Shown piece by piece: positions 19,626-28,938 of a DNA stretch of 64,000 nt. Position 1 is the stretch's first letter. Each line of letters opens with the position of its first letter. Under the pieces are notes generated by a model that saw only the letters and a list, made by a program, of their open reading frames with translations, searched no databases and was not told the DNA's origin. A program made the translations under genes and the position numbers. Source of the DNA: Acidimicrobiales bacterium (GTDB lineage: Bacteria > Actinomycetota > Acidimicrobiia > Acidimicrobiales > QHCF01); NCBI GenBank assembly GCA_039583615.1, contig JAVKSQ010000008.1, forward strand, positions 2,766 to 66,765, read 5' to 3'.

Positions 19626-20336
19626 TCAGAACAGGAGGTGCGGATCGGCGAAGGCCCCGGACGCCACCAGGCGCACGTACAGGTCGGCCACGGCCACGAA
19701 GACCAGGCTGACCCAGGCCAGCTGCATGTGGCGGAGGTTGAGAGCCGTCACCCGGCGCCACAGCCAGTAGCGCACCGGTCCCCTCGACAGCGCCCGCAGG
19801 TTGCCGCCGCAGAGGTGCCGGCAGGAGTGGCACGACGCGGTGTACAAGCCCAGCAGGACGGCATTGACCACCAGGATGGCACTTCCCAGGCCGATGCCCC
19901 AGCCGCCGGGGAAGCGAAAGGCCTTGAACGCCTCCCAGCCCAGGATGATAGGCAGGGGCACGGCCAGATAGAAGAAGTAGCGGTGGGCATTTTGCAAGAT
20001 GAGCGGAAAGCGGCTCTCGCCGGTGTAGCGGGCGTGCCGGTCGGGCACCGCGCAGGCGGGCGGCGAGAGCCAGAAGGAGCGATAGTAGGCCTTGCGGTAG
20101 TAGTAGCAGGTGAGCCGGAAGGCCAGTGGGAAGACCACGATCAGGATGGCCGGCGAGAAGGGCCACCAGGAGACCAGGTGCCAGGTGGCGGCCGCCGTGC
20201 CACAGCGGCTGGTGATGCAGGGCGAGTAGAAGGGCGACAGGTAGGGATCGGCGTAGTAGTCCCGGTTGACCAGGGTCGCCCAGGTGCTGTAGGCCACGAA
20301 GGCGGTCAGGACAGCCACCGTTGCCGCCGGTGCCAA
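19626..20336 (-). CDS. sdhC: Putative succinate dehydrogenase membrane anchor (single large cytochrome b-like subunit)
   Basis: 236 aa with about 5 TM helices and several conserved-looking His residues. It sits immediately upstream of sdhA-sdhB, the C-A-B order of type B enzymes. TTG start at 20336; the N-terminus is uncertain. Confidence 0.6.
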   Translation of the reverse strand: MAPAATVAVLTAFVAYSTWATLVNRDYYADPYLSPFYSPCITSRCGTAAATWHLVSWWPFSPAILIVVFPLAFRLTCYYYRKAYYRSFWLSPPACAVPDRHARYTGESRFPLILQNAHRYFFYLAVPLPIILGWEAFKAFRFPGGWGIGLGSAILVVNAVLLGLYTASCHSCRHLCGGNLRALSRGPVRYWLWRRVTALNLRHMQLAWVSLVFVAVADLYVRLVASGAFADPHLLF

Positions 20337-20409
20337 CCACCACCGGCCAGCTCGGCGGGTGGGCGCCTCGGGGCCCGCAGGCCCAGTTCCAGGGGCGGTC
20401 GGGAAGGCG

Positions 20410-20583
20410 TCAGTCGTTGTCAGGAAGGTACTCGTTGTCCTGGTAGTACTCGAAGAGCTGGCTGAGGCCCGTCAGGTCGTAGGTCACCAGCTCGTCGCCT
20501 TCCCAGATGGCCCCCAGCTGCTCGGCGGTCTCCACGTCGTCCAGACCCTGGGGCTCGGCGCCCGTCCACTTGTAGGGGACCAT
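20410..20583 (-). CDS. Small acidic hypothetical protein (57 aa; 74 aa if ATG 20634)
   Basis: MVPYKWTGAEPQGLDDVETAEQLGAIWEGDELVTYDLTGLSQLFEYYQDNEYLPDND. Its composition is not shadow-ORF-like (low Arg/Pro, rich in D/E/Y). It lies upstream of sdhC on the same strand. Confidence 0.5.
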   Translation of the reverse strand: MVPYKWTGAEPQGLDDVETAEQLGAIWEGDELVTYDLTGLSQLFEYYQDNEYLPDND

Positions 20584-20691
20584 CGAGGTCTCCCTCCGGG
20601 CCAGGAGCACCCGCTCCCCCTCGGCTGCGCCCATTGCCTCTCCTCCTTCCTGGCGGCGGTGTCGGTCGGTGGTGAGCGTAGGCTCGATGCC

Positions 20692-22110
20692 ATGAGCTCC
20701 CGACCGGCAACCCTCGGCCAGCTACGCGAGTCGGGATGGGTGTCCGTCCCGGTCAAGGAGGAGGTCAGGGCCAACACCGTGGCCCGCATCGCCTCTGGGC
20801 GGCCCATCGTCGAGGGGATCATCGGGTTCGAGGACACGGTGCTGCCCCAGCTGGAGACCGCCCTGCTGGCGGGACACGACGTGATCTTCCTCGGCGAGCG
20901 GGGCCAGGCCAAGACCAGGCTCATCCGCTCGCTCACCGGGCTGCTCGACGAATGGTTGCCGGTGGTGGCCGGCTCGGAGATCAATGACGACCCCTACCGC
21001 CCTGTCTCACGCCACGGGCGTGACCTGGTGGCCGAGCGGGGCAACGACGCTCCGATCGAGTGGGTGCACCGGGACCATCGCCTCGGGGAGAAGCTGGCCA
21101 CCCCGGACACCTCCATAGCCGACCTGATCGGCGAGGTCGACCCGATCAAGGTGGCCGAGGGCCGGTACCTGGCCGACGAGGCAACCCTGCACTTCGGACT
21201 GGTGCCCCGGAGCAACCGGGGCGTCTTTGCCATCAACGAGCTGCCCGACCTGGCCGAGCGGATCCAGGTCGGCCTGCTCAACGTGCTGGAGGAGCGCGAC
21301 GTCCAGGTACGGGGGTACAAGCTGCGCCTGCCGCTCGACGTCATGCTGGTGGCGTCGGCCAACCCTGAGGACTACACCAACCGGGGACGCATCATCACCC
21401 CGCTCAAGGACCGGTTCGGCTCCCAGATCCGGACCCACTATCCCCTCGACCCGGCCAGCGAGCTGGCCGTGGTCCACCAGGAGGCCCGACCCCTGGATGC
21501 CCTGGGGCTGCGAGTCCAGGTGCCGGCCTTCATGGCCCAGATCGTGGCCGAGATCTCCCAGCTGGCCCGGGTCAGCACCAGCGTCAACCAACGGTCGGGG
21601 GTATCGGTCCGGCTCAGCATCGCCAACTACGAGACGCTGGTGGCCAGTGCCGCTCGCCGCGCCCTTCGCCTGGGAGAGGCCGACGTCGTCCCCCGAGTCA
21701 GTGACCTGGCCGCCCTGGCCGCCTCCACTGCCGGGAAGGTCGAGGTGGAGTCCCTGGAGGGCGCCAGGGACGCCGAGGTGGTGGACAAGCTGCTCAGGAC
21801 GGCCACCCTGGGCGTGTTCCGGGATCGCTGCCCGGCCGAGACCCTCTCCGACGTGGTGCTGGGCTTCGACGAGGGGACGGTGGTCCATACCGGCGACGAC
21901 GTGGCGTCCTCGCACTACGTGCAGGCCCTGAGCCGGATGCCCGCCCTCGAGCGCACGGTGCTCAAGCTGGCCAGCAAGGAGACCGCCGCCAGCGAGACGC
22001 CGGCCGCGGTCGCCAGTGCCCTGGAGCTGGTGCTGGAAGGGCTGCACCTCTGCAAGCGGCTCAACAAGGAAGCCGTCGGCACCCGGTCCACCTACCGGGG
22101 CCGAGGCTGA
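20692..22110 (+). CDS. AAA+ ATPase, ChlI/MoxR-like (family often annotated magnesium chelatase or sigma-54-interacting)
   Basis: Walker A-like FLGERGQAKT, Walker B-like GVFAINELPDL, followed by LLNVLEERDVQVRGYKLRLPLDVMLVASANPEDY. Start at ATG 20692 in ORF 20359..22110. Confidence 0.8.
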   Translation: MSSRPATLGQLRESGWVSVPVKEEVRANTVARIASGRPIVEGIIGFEDTVLPQLETALLAGHDVIFLGERGQAKTRLIRSLTGLLDEWLPVVAGSEINDDPYRPVSRHGRDLVAERGNDAPIEWVHRDHRLGEKLATPDTSIADLIGEVDPIKVAEGRYLADEATLHFGLVPRSNRGVFAINELPDLAERIQVGLLNVLEERDVQVRGYKLRLPLDVMLVASANPEDYTNRGRIITPLKDRFGSQIRTHYPLDPASELAVVHQEARPLDALGLRVQVPAFMAQIVAEISQLARVSTSVNQRSGVSVRLSIANYETLVASAARRALRLGEADVVPRVSDLAALAASTAGKVEVESLEGARDAEVVDKLLRTATLGVFRDRCPAETLSDVVLGFDEGTVVHTGDDVASSHYVQALSRMPALERTVLKLASKETAASETPAAVASALELVLEGLHLCKRLNKEAVGTRSTYRGRG

Positions 22111-22137
22111 TGGCCGAGGGCCGAGGCTGAGACCACC

Positions 22138-24156
22138 TTGGCGCGCCGCTACCGCTACTCCCGCTGGGACGGTACCCAGGTCGGCTTCGAGCTGGGCGCC
22201 GACGACGTCCTGGCCGAGGTCACCGACGACCTGCTCTACCACGGTGACCTGAACGCCGCCCTTCGCCGGCTGGTGCAGTCCGGCTTCGAGGATCGGAACG
22301 GCCAGCACGTCCAGGGGCTGCGAGAGCTGCTGGAGCGTCTGGCCCATCGCCGCCAGGAGGAGCTGGATCGCTACGACCTGGGCGGCGTCTACCAGGACAT
22401 CGCGGCCGAGCTTCGGGCGGTCATGGACCTGGAGCGAGCCGGCTTGGACCGCTTGGCCGAGGAGGCCAGGGCATCGGGTGACGAGCGGCGCCGGGAGATC
22501 ACCGAGGAGGTGGTGGCCGAGCGGCGCCACCAGCTGGACATGGTGCCCCCTGACCTGGCCGGCCAGGTGTCCTCCCTGCAGGGCTACGAGTTCACCTCCT
22601 CGGAGGCGAGGGAACGCTTCGACCAGCTGCTGGACAAGCTGCGCCAGCAGCTGATGCAGAGCTACTTCGACCAGATGGCCGGGGCCATGCAGGCCACCAC
22701 TGCCGAGCAGCTGGAGCGGACCAGGGAGATGCTCGACGCGCTCAACCGGATGATCGAGCAGCGGGAGGCCGGGGAGCCGGTGGACCAGTCGTTCGCCGAC
22801 TTCATGGCCCGCTTTGGCGACCTGTTCCCGGGCCGCCCGGGCAGCCTGGACGAGCTGCTCGAGCAGATGGCCCGCCAGATGGCAGCCATGGCGGCGATGC
22901 TCAACTCGATGACCCCCGCCCAGCGGGCTCAGCTCCAGGGCCTGGCCAGCCAGCTTCTCGAGGACCTGGACCTGGCCTGGCAGGTCGACCGCCTGGCCGC
23001 CAACCTGCAGGCGGCGTTCCCCGGGGCCGGGTGGGACCAGCGCTACTCGTTCAGCGGCCTGGACCCCCTGTCGCTGCCCGAGGCGACGGGTCTCATGGGC
23101 CGCCTGGGCGACCTGGACCAACTGGAGAACCTCCTGCGATCGACGTCCAGCCCCGGCGCCCTGGCCGACGTGGACCTGGAGGCGGCGCGGGAGCTGGTCG
23201 GCGAGGAGGGGGCTCGATCACTCGAGCGCCTGGCCGAGCTGGCCCGGCTCCTGGAGGAGGCCGGCCTGGTTGCCCAGCGGGAGGGACGCCTGGAGCTGAC
23301 CCCGGCCGGGCTGCGCAGGATCGGGCGCAACGCACTGTCCGAGCTGTTCTCGAAGCTGGCCAAGGATCGCCTGGGGAGCCACCCCATGGACCGGGAGGGG
23401 GCCGGGGTGGAGCGGGCCCATACCACCAAGCCCTACGAGCTGGGTGACCCGTTCGACCTCAACATCGAGCGCACCCTGCGCAACGCCCTGCAGCGCGCCG
23501 GTGGGGGTACCCCGGTGAGCCTCACACCGGCCGACTTCGAGGTCGAGCGGTCGGAGAGCCTCACCCGCTCCTCGACCGTCCTGGCGATCGACCTGTCGCT
23601 GTCGATGCCCATGAGGGACAACTTCCTGGCCGCCAAGAAGGTGGCCATGGCCCTGCAGGCCCTCATCTCCAGCCAGTTTCCCCGGGACTACCTGGGGATC
23701 GTCGGGTTCAGCGAGGTGGCCAGGGAGCTAAAGCCCCACCAGCTGCCCGAGGTCTCCTGGGACTTCGTCTACGGGACCAACATGCACCACGCCCTCCTGC
23801 TCAGCCGCCGCCTGCTGGCCCGCCAGTCGGGCACCAAGCAGATCATCATGATCACCGACGGTGAGCCCACCGCCCATGTCATGCCCGACGGCGAGGTCTT
23901 CTTCAATTACCCTCCCGTGCGCCAGACGGTGGATGCCACCCTCACCGAGGTGGTCAGGGCGACTCGGGAGGGAATCCGGATCAACACCTTCATGCTCGAC
24001 GCCACCAGCTACCTGCGCGACTTCGTGGAGAGACTGACCCGCCTCAACCGGGGCCGGGCCTTCTTCACCACCCCCGAGACGCTGGGTGACTACGTCCTGG
24101 TCGACTTCATCGAGGCCAAGCGGTCCAGGGCCCGCCCCGGGCGGGCCGGCGGGTAG
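22138..24156 (+). CDS. von Willebrand factor A (vWA) domain protein, partner of the upstream AAA+ ATPase
   Basis: 672 aa with a long helical or coiled N-terminal part. The C-terminal vWA fold has the MIDAS context VLAIDLSLSM ... IIMITDGEPT. TTG start at 22138, 28 nt after the AAA+ stop. Confidence 0.75.
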   Translation: MARRYRYSRWDGTQVGFELGADDVLAEVTDDLLYHGDLNAALRRLVQSGFEDRNGQHVQGLRELLERLAHRRQEELDRYDLGGVYQDIAAELRAVMDLERAGLDRLAEEARASGDERRREITEEVVAERRHQLDMVPPDLAGQVSSLQGYEFTSSEARERFDQLLDKLRQQLMQSYFDQMAGAMQATTAEQLERTREMLDALNRMIEQREAGEPVDQSFADFMARFGDLFPGRPGSLDELLEQMARQMAAMAAMLNSMTPAQRAQLQGLASQLLEDLDLAWQVDRLAANLQAAFPGAGWDQRYSFSGLDPLSLPEATGLMGRLGDLDQLENLLRSTSSPGALADVDLEAARELVGEEGARSLERLAELARLLEEAGLVAQREGRLELTPAGLRRIGRNALSELFSKLAKDRLGSHPMDREGAGVERAHTTKPYELGDPFDLNIERTLRNALQRAGGGTPVSLTPADFEVERSESLTRSSTVLAIDLSLSMPMRDNFLAAKKVAMALQALISSQFPRDYLGIVGFSEVARELKPHQLPEVSWDFVYGTNMHHALLLSRRLLARQSGTKQIIMITDGEPTAHVMPDGEVFFNYPPVRQTVDATLTEVVRATREGIRINTFMLDATSYLRDFVERLTRLNRGRAFFTTPETLGDYVLVDFIEAKRSRARPGRAGG

Positions 24157-24227
24157 GGCCCGCCCCGCCGCCGGCCATCCCCTGGCCCGCCGTGGAGCGG
24201 GCCGGCTTGGAGGGCGAAGGACCGCGC

Positions 24228-24288
24228 TTGCATCTCGTGCCGGGGAGGAGGATGATGACAGGAGTGTAGTTACACGCCTGTAGACTAC
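24228..24288 (+). promoter_or_regulatory. Candidate whiB promoter/operator: TTGCAT-N17-GATGAT, then an AT-richer island with GTGTA-gt-TACAC and GTAG-a-CTAC inverted repeats
   Basis: Read directly: ...gcTTGCATctcgtgccggggaggagGATGATgacaggaGTGTAgtTACACgcctGTAGaCTACtt..., 30-90 nt upstream of whiB ATG 24320. TAGACT (24281-86) also fits TANNNT. Confidence 0.3.
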
Positions 24289-24319
24289 TTGAACCTTGGG
24301 CCACGAGAGAGGTCGCCAC

Positions 24320-24610
24320 ATGGAGGCACTGGCCGAGCTGTTCCGGGGCGAGCTGGACCGCAGCTGGCAGATCCGGGCCAACTGCATGGGGGTCGACCCC
24401 GAGCTGTTCTACCCGGAGCGAGGATCGTCGACCCGGGAGGCCAAGGAGGTGTGCCGGGGTTGCGTGGTGCGCCAGGAGTGCCTGGACTATGCCATCGACA
24501 ACGGGGAGAGGTTCGGCGTGTGGGGCGGCATGAGCGAGCGGGAGCGGCGGGGAGTGCGCCGGGCACGGGCTCGGCTTCCCCATGGGCTGGCCGCCGCCCC
24601 CGCGTCCTAG
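24320..24610 (+). CDS. whiB: WhiB-family redox-sensing transcription factor
   Basis: Four Cys in the WhiB arrangement (RANC...EVCRGCVVRQEC), a GVWGGMSERERR turn/AT-hook-like tail, and RBS gagagg 8 nt before ATG 24320. Confidence 0.85.
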   Translation: MEALAELFRGELDRSWQIRANCMGVDPELFYPERGSSTREAKEVCRGCVVRQECLDYAIDNGERFGVWGGMSERERRGVRRARARLPHGLAAAPAS

Positions 24611-24675
24611 CAACCCGGCGCGGTCCGACTCGTTCGGCGCCCTGATCCGGTGCGGTCTTGCGCATCCTTGCCGGC

Positions 24676-26070
24676 TCAGCTGGCCCGGCTCACCGAGCTC
24701 ATGTTGAACCCGTCAATGCGCAGGGGCGGCATCGCCATGCGCGGGAGCTCCTGCTGGAACTCCCGCGGGAGGGTCGGAGAGGTCGTCCCGGCCTGGGCTA
24801 TACGGCCAAGGAGGTCGAGCGGGCTCTCGTTGAACCGGAAGTTGTTCACCGCTCCCACCACCTCGCCCCCTTCCACCAGGAACACGCCGTCCCGGGTGAG
24901 GCCGGTGAGCAGCAGGGTCTGCGGGTCCACCTGGCGGATGTACCACAGGCAGGTCAGGAGCAGACCTCGTCCGGTGGAGGCGATCATCGACTCCAGGTCC
25001 GCCTGGGCGCCGCCCACCTCCAGCACCAGGTTGTCGACCGGCGGGCTCAGGGCCAGGTCGGTAAGCCTGGCCGTGTGCCGGGTGGTGATGAGCGACGTCA
25101 GGACGCCGTCCCTCACCCAGTCGGTCGGCCCCACGGGAAGGCAGTTGTCGAAGACGCTGGCGTACTCGCTTGACGACGAGGTGGCGACGAACGGCATGCA
25201 GCCGATCGGAGCCTCACCGGGATGGCTGCGCAGGGTCACCGGCAGCTCGGCGACCTGCTCCCCCAACCTGGTACGGCCGCCCGGCCTGGACAGGGCAGTA
25301 CGGCCCTCGACCGCGGCGCGGCCCGACATCGACCAGTAGAGGTAGGCCATCAGGTCGGCCGCCGCCGCCGGCGGCAGCAGCGTCTCGTAGCGCCCGGCTG
25401 GCTGATCGAGGCGGCGAAGGGTCCAACCCAGCCGGCGGGCCGCCTGGCCGGCGACCCCAGCCACGTCGACGCCGGCGAGGTGCGGGGCGCCCTGGCCGGC
25501 CCAAGCCGAGACGGCCCCGTCACGGCTGCGGGCGGTCAGGTCCAGCGAGCCGGTGGGCTGGACGTGGCGGCGCCGAGCCCCGGCCGAGGTGGCGGCATGG
25601 ATGGTGCGCAGCTCCTGGCGGGCGAAGCCGTACAGCTGGTAGCCGGCGGAGCGTGCCGCGTCGAAGGCCGCCCCCAAGCCGTCCACCAGGCCACCCAGGG
25701 CGGCCACGCCAGTCCGCTCGGGGGGCTCATCGAAGTCGGGATCGGCGCCCTCGGCCACCAGGGGGCCGGCGTCCTCCGCCCTCGGGTTCCCGGCCGCCGC
25801 CGCCCTGGCCGTCGCCGCCAGCTGGGCCGCCCCTTGGCCGTCGCCCACCGCGCTGGACGACACCACGCCCAGCGACTCGCCGTCCACCGCCGCCACGGTC
25901 AGGGACCGGGAGAGCTCGGAGCCATTGGTGGTGAGGGTGGTGTTGGCAAACCTGAGGTTGACCGCCGACGTCTGCTCGACGATGACCACCCCGCCATCCG
26001 GGCCCAGACCGTGCAGGGCTGCGTCGATCAGCTGCGCCGGCGCCGCCACTGCCGGGCCACCCCTGCTCAC
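24676..26070 (-). CDS. pmbA: PmbA/TldE-family protein (TldD partner)
   Basis: GTG 26070 overlaps the tldD stop (GTGA). The C-terminal ...GLLLTCLWYIRQVDPQTLLLTGLTRDGVFLVEGGEV...PPLRIDGFNMSS is typical of the TldD/PmbA fold and lacks the HExxxH motif. Confidence 0.8.
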   Translation of the reverse strand: MSRGGPAVAAPAQLIDAALHGLGPDGGVVIVEQTSAVNLRFANTTLTTNGSELSRSLTVAAVDGESLGVVSSSAVGDGQGAAQLAATARAAAAGNPRAEDAGPLVAEGADPDFDEPPERTGVAALGGLVDGLGAAFDAARSAGYQLYGFARQELRTIHAATSAGARRRHVQPTGSLDLTARSRDGAVSAWAGQGAPHLAGVDVAGVAGQAARRLGWTLRRLDQPAGRYETLLPPAAAADLMAYLYWSMSGRAAVEGRTALSRPGGRTRLGEQVAELPVTLRSHPGEAPIGCMPFVATSSSSEYASVFDNCLPVGPTDWVRDGVLTSLITTRHTARLTDLALSPPVDNLVLEVGGAQADLESMIASTGRGLLLTCLWYIRQVDPQTLLLTGLTRDGVFLVEGGEVVGAVNNFRFNESPLDLLGRIAQAGTTSPTLPREFQQELPRMAMPPLRIDGFNMSSVSRAS

Positions 26071-27572
26071 CGGCCGCCCTCCTCGAGGGTGTTGAGGACC
26101 GTCACGTTGGTGAACAGGGCGGAGGGGCAGCCATGGCTGACCGCTGCCACCTGGCCCGGCTGGGCCTTGCCACAGTTGAAGGCCCCGCCCAGCACCCATG
26201 TCCGCGGCCCGCCCAGCCGGGCCAGGCTCCCCCAGAAGTCGGTGGTGGTTGACTGGTAGGCGACGTCGCGGAGCTGGCCGGCCAACCGACCGGCGCGGAT
26301 GGCGTAGAAGCGCTGGCCGGTGAACTGGAAGTTGTACCGCTGCATGTCGATGGACCAGCTCTTGTCGCCGACCACGTAGATGCCGCGGTCCACCCCGGAG
26401 ACCAGGTCCTCGGTGGTAGCCCCGTCCCCGCCGTAGGCCAGCGAGACGTTGGCCATCCGCTGGAGGGGGACATGGCGGGCCGAGTCGGCAAAGGCGCATC
26501 CGTTGGACCGGCCCAGGCCGACCAGGCGGGCCATCCGCCGGTCGAGCTGGTAGCCCACCAGGGTCCCATCCCGGACCAGGTCCCAGGCCTGGCCCCGCAC
26601 GCCCTCGTCGTCCCAGCCCACGCTGGCCAGGCCGTGCTCCACCGTCCGGTCGGCCGAGACATTCATGAGATCGGACCCGTAGCGGAGGCGGCCCAGCTGG
26701 TCGGGCGTGGCGAAGGAGGTCCCCGCGTAACTGGCCTCGTAGCCCAGGGCCCGGTCCAGCTCGGTGGCATGGCCGACCGACTCGTGGATGGTCAACCACA
26801 GGTTCGAGGGGTCGATGACCAGGTCGTAGCGGCCGGGCCTCACCGAGGGAGCTCTCATCTTCTCGGCCAGCAGGGCCGGGAGCTGGTCCAGGCCGGTCTC
26901 CCAGTCCCAGCCGGTGCCGGTCAGGTACTCGTAGCCCCGGCCTGCCGGCGGCGCCAGGGTGCGCATGGAGTCGAACCGGCCGGCCTGGGCATCGACGCCC
27001 ACCGCAGTGAGGCACGGCTGAACCCGTACCCGCTGCTGGGTCGTGGTGGTCCCGGCTGTGTCGGCGTAGAACTTGTTCTCCCGGGCCTGGAGCAGGGAGG
27101 CGTCGACGTGGTCCACCTCATCGCTGGCCAGCAGCTGGCGTGACCACCCGGCCAGGCGCTCCACCTTGTCCCGGTCGGGCACCTCGAACGGGTCCACGTC
27201 GTAGGAGCTGACCCAGGTGAGGTCCCGGTAGACCGGCTCGGGAGCCAGCTCGACTGGCTCGTGGTTGAGCCGGCGAACCGCCCTGGCCATCGCCACCGCC
27301 TCGCCGGCCAGGCCGGCAGCGCTCCCGGCGTCGAGATCGACCCCGGCGGCGAAGCCCCAGGTGGCGTCGGCCACCACCCGCACCGCCAAGCCCAAGTCGT
27401 CGTCGTCCGACAGGGACTCCAACTCACCGTCGCGCACGGCGATGTCCTGGGTGCGGATGCGCTCTATGCGGACGTCGGCGTGCTCGGCGCCGGCCCGGCG
27501 GGCCGTCTCCAGGGCGGCGTCGGCCAGACGACGAAGGGGAAGGTCCACGAACTCCGGGTCGATCTCTCGCAT
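26067..27572 (-). CDS. tldD: TldD metalloprotease
   Basis: 501 aa with HESVGHATELD (HExxxH), ...GRSNGCAFADSA... and a C-terminal GGAFNCGKAQPGQ...VSHGCP. Confidence 0.9.
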   Translation of the reverse strand: MREIDPEFVDLPLRRLADAALETARRAGAEHADVRIERIRTQDIAVRDGELESLSDDDDLGLAVRVVADATWGFAAGVDLDAGSAAGLAGEAVAMARAVRRLNHEPVELAPEPVYRDLTWVSSYDVDPFEVPDRDKVERLAGWSRQLLASDEVDHVDASLLQARENKFYADTAGTTTTQQRVRVQPCLTAVGVDAQAGRFDSMRTLAPPAGRGYEYLTGTGWDWETGLDQLPALLAEKMRAPSVRPGRYDLVIDPSNLWLTIHESVGHATELDRALGYEASYAGTSFATPDQLGRLRYGSDLMNVSADRTVEHGLASVGWDDEGVRGQAWDLVRDGTLVGYQLDRRMARLVGLGRSNGCAFADSARHVPLQRMANVSLAYGGDGATTEDLVSGVDRGIYVVGDKSWSIDMQRYNFQFTGQRFYAIRAGRLAGQLRDVAYQSTTTDFWGSLARLGGPRTWVLGGAFNCGKAQPGQVAAVSHGCPSALFTNVTVLNTLEEGGR

Positions 27573-27624
27573 GACCCCGACGGTAGTCAGGGGACCACTG
27601 CCGTGGACGGCGCGGGTCCGGGGC

Positions 27625-28728
27625 TCAGGCCGAGAGGCGGCTGCGGGCGGCCGAGGCCTCCCAGCGTTGCTCGACGCGCCCGAAGTGCCAGATGGAGACG
27701 GCGACGATCCAGGTCACCACGAAGAGGCCGACGATGACGAAGCCGGCCCGGTTGATGTCGAAGTTGCCGGCGAAGTCCCAGACGCCTCCGGAGAGGTCGA
27801 GCTGGCTCTGCAGCACCGAGAGCAGCTCGATGGTGCCGATGACCAGGGCTACCGCCACCGACAGGCCGGTGATGGTGATGTTGTAATAGACCTTGCGGAC
27901 CGGCTTGGAGAAGGCCCAGCCGTAGGCAAAGCTCATGAAGCCGCCGTCCAGGGTGTCGAACATGGACATCCCGGCGGCGAAGATCAGCGGCAGGGAGATG
28001 ATTGCATAGAACGGCAACCCGCCGGACGCGGCGGTACCGGCCAGGGCCAGCAGAGCCACCTCGGTGGCGGTGTCGAACCCGAGGCCGAAGAGGAAGCCGA
28101 TCGGGTAAATCTGCCAGGGGTGCTTGATGGCCCGGGCCAACGGCCCGAAGAAGCGGAACATCAGCCCCCGGCTGTTCAGCTGCTTCTCGAGCTCCTCGTT
28201 GTCGTACCTGCCCCTGCGCAGCTCCCGGAAGATCTTGACGATGCCGACGAGGATGACCAGGTTCAGCAGGGCGATGAGGTACAAGAAGCTGCCCGACACC
28301 AGGGTCCCGAACAGCCCGCCGAAGTTGTGCAGGGTCGAATGGTCGCTCTTCACCTGGCCGATCACGCTCTTGGCGAAGAAGGCGATGGCCATGGCCAGGC
28401 AGAGCACCACCGTCGAGTGGCCCAGGGAGAAGAAGAAGCCGACGCTCATGGGACGCTTGGCGCGGCCGTCCTGCATGAACTTGCGGGTGGTGTTGTCGAT
28501 GGCCGAGATGTGGTCGGCGTCGAAGGCATGGCGCATGCCGAAGGTGTAGGCCAGCACTCCGGTGCCCAGGCCCAGGGCCTTGTTGCCACCCTGGGAGACG
28601 AAGAAACCCAGAGCCCCCCAGCCGAGCAGGTGGATCAGTACCACGCCGGCGGTCAGACCACCGGCCTGACGCCACTCGGCCGGGCTCAGTCTCCCGGCCA
28701 TGCTGGTGCCAACTGCGGCGGTTGCCAT
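27625..28728 (-). CDS. NiCoT (HoxN/HupN/NixA family) nickel/cobalt transporter
   Basis: Signature GMRHAFDADHISAIDNTTRK and FFFSLGHSTVV, with 8 TM helices. I prefer ATG 28728, with RBS GGAAGGGAG 9 nt upstream; the track start at 28737 is TTG. Confidence 0.9.
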   Translation of the reverse strand: MATAAVGTSMAGRLSPAEWRQAGGLTAGVVLIHLLGWGALGFFVSQGGNKALGLGTGVLAYTFGMRHAFDADHISAIDNTTRKFMQDGRAKRPMSVGFFFSLGHSTVVLCLAMAIAFFAKSVIGQVKSDHSTLHNFGGLFGTLVSGSFLYLIALLNLVILVGIVKIFRELRRGRYDNEELEKQLNSRGLMFRFFGPLARAIKHPWQIYPIGFLFGLGFDTATEVALLALAGTAASGGLPFYAIISLPLIFAAGMSMFDTLDGGFMSFAYGWAFSKPVRKVYYNITITGLSVAVALVIGTIELLSVLQSQLDLSGGVWDFAGNFDINRAGFVIVGLFVVTWIVAVSIWHFGRVEQRWEASAARSRLSA

Positions 28729-28938
28729 GGGCGGCAACTCCCTTCCACGGTTGCCCGGCGGCGCCGAGCCGCTCTCAGCCGCATCCTAGTAGTTCCTGCG
28801 AGCTGTTCGCAACTCAGGGGGCTGGAGCGGAGCAGTCCCGGCTGGGCGCCGGAGCAGTGCCGCCCTGCCCCCCATTACTGTGTCCGGGTGGACCGGCCAA
28901 GCTCTGCCGCCGCCCGTTCGCCGTCCCCCTCGCTCGGT

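Noticed and set aside
28729-28938. Cobalamin (B12) or other riboswitch in the leader of the NiCoT transporter gene.
   Set aside because: I looked on the minus strand for the B12-box (GCCACTG context) and the GGTG..AA..CC core. I found only a weak GGCACTG with the wrong flanks and none of the other conserved elements. A covariance-model scan would be needed to be certain.
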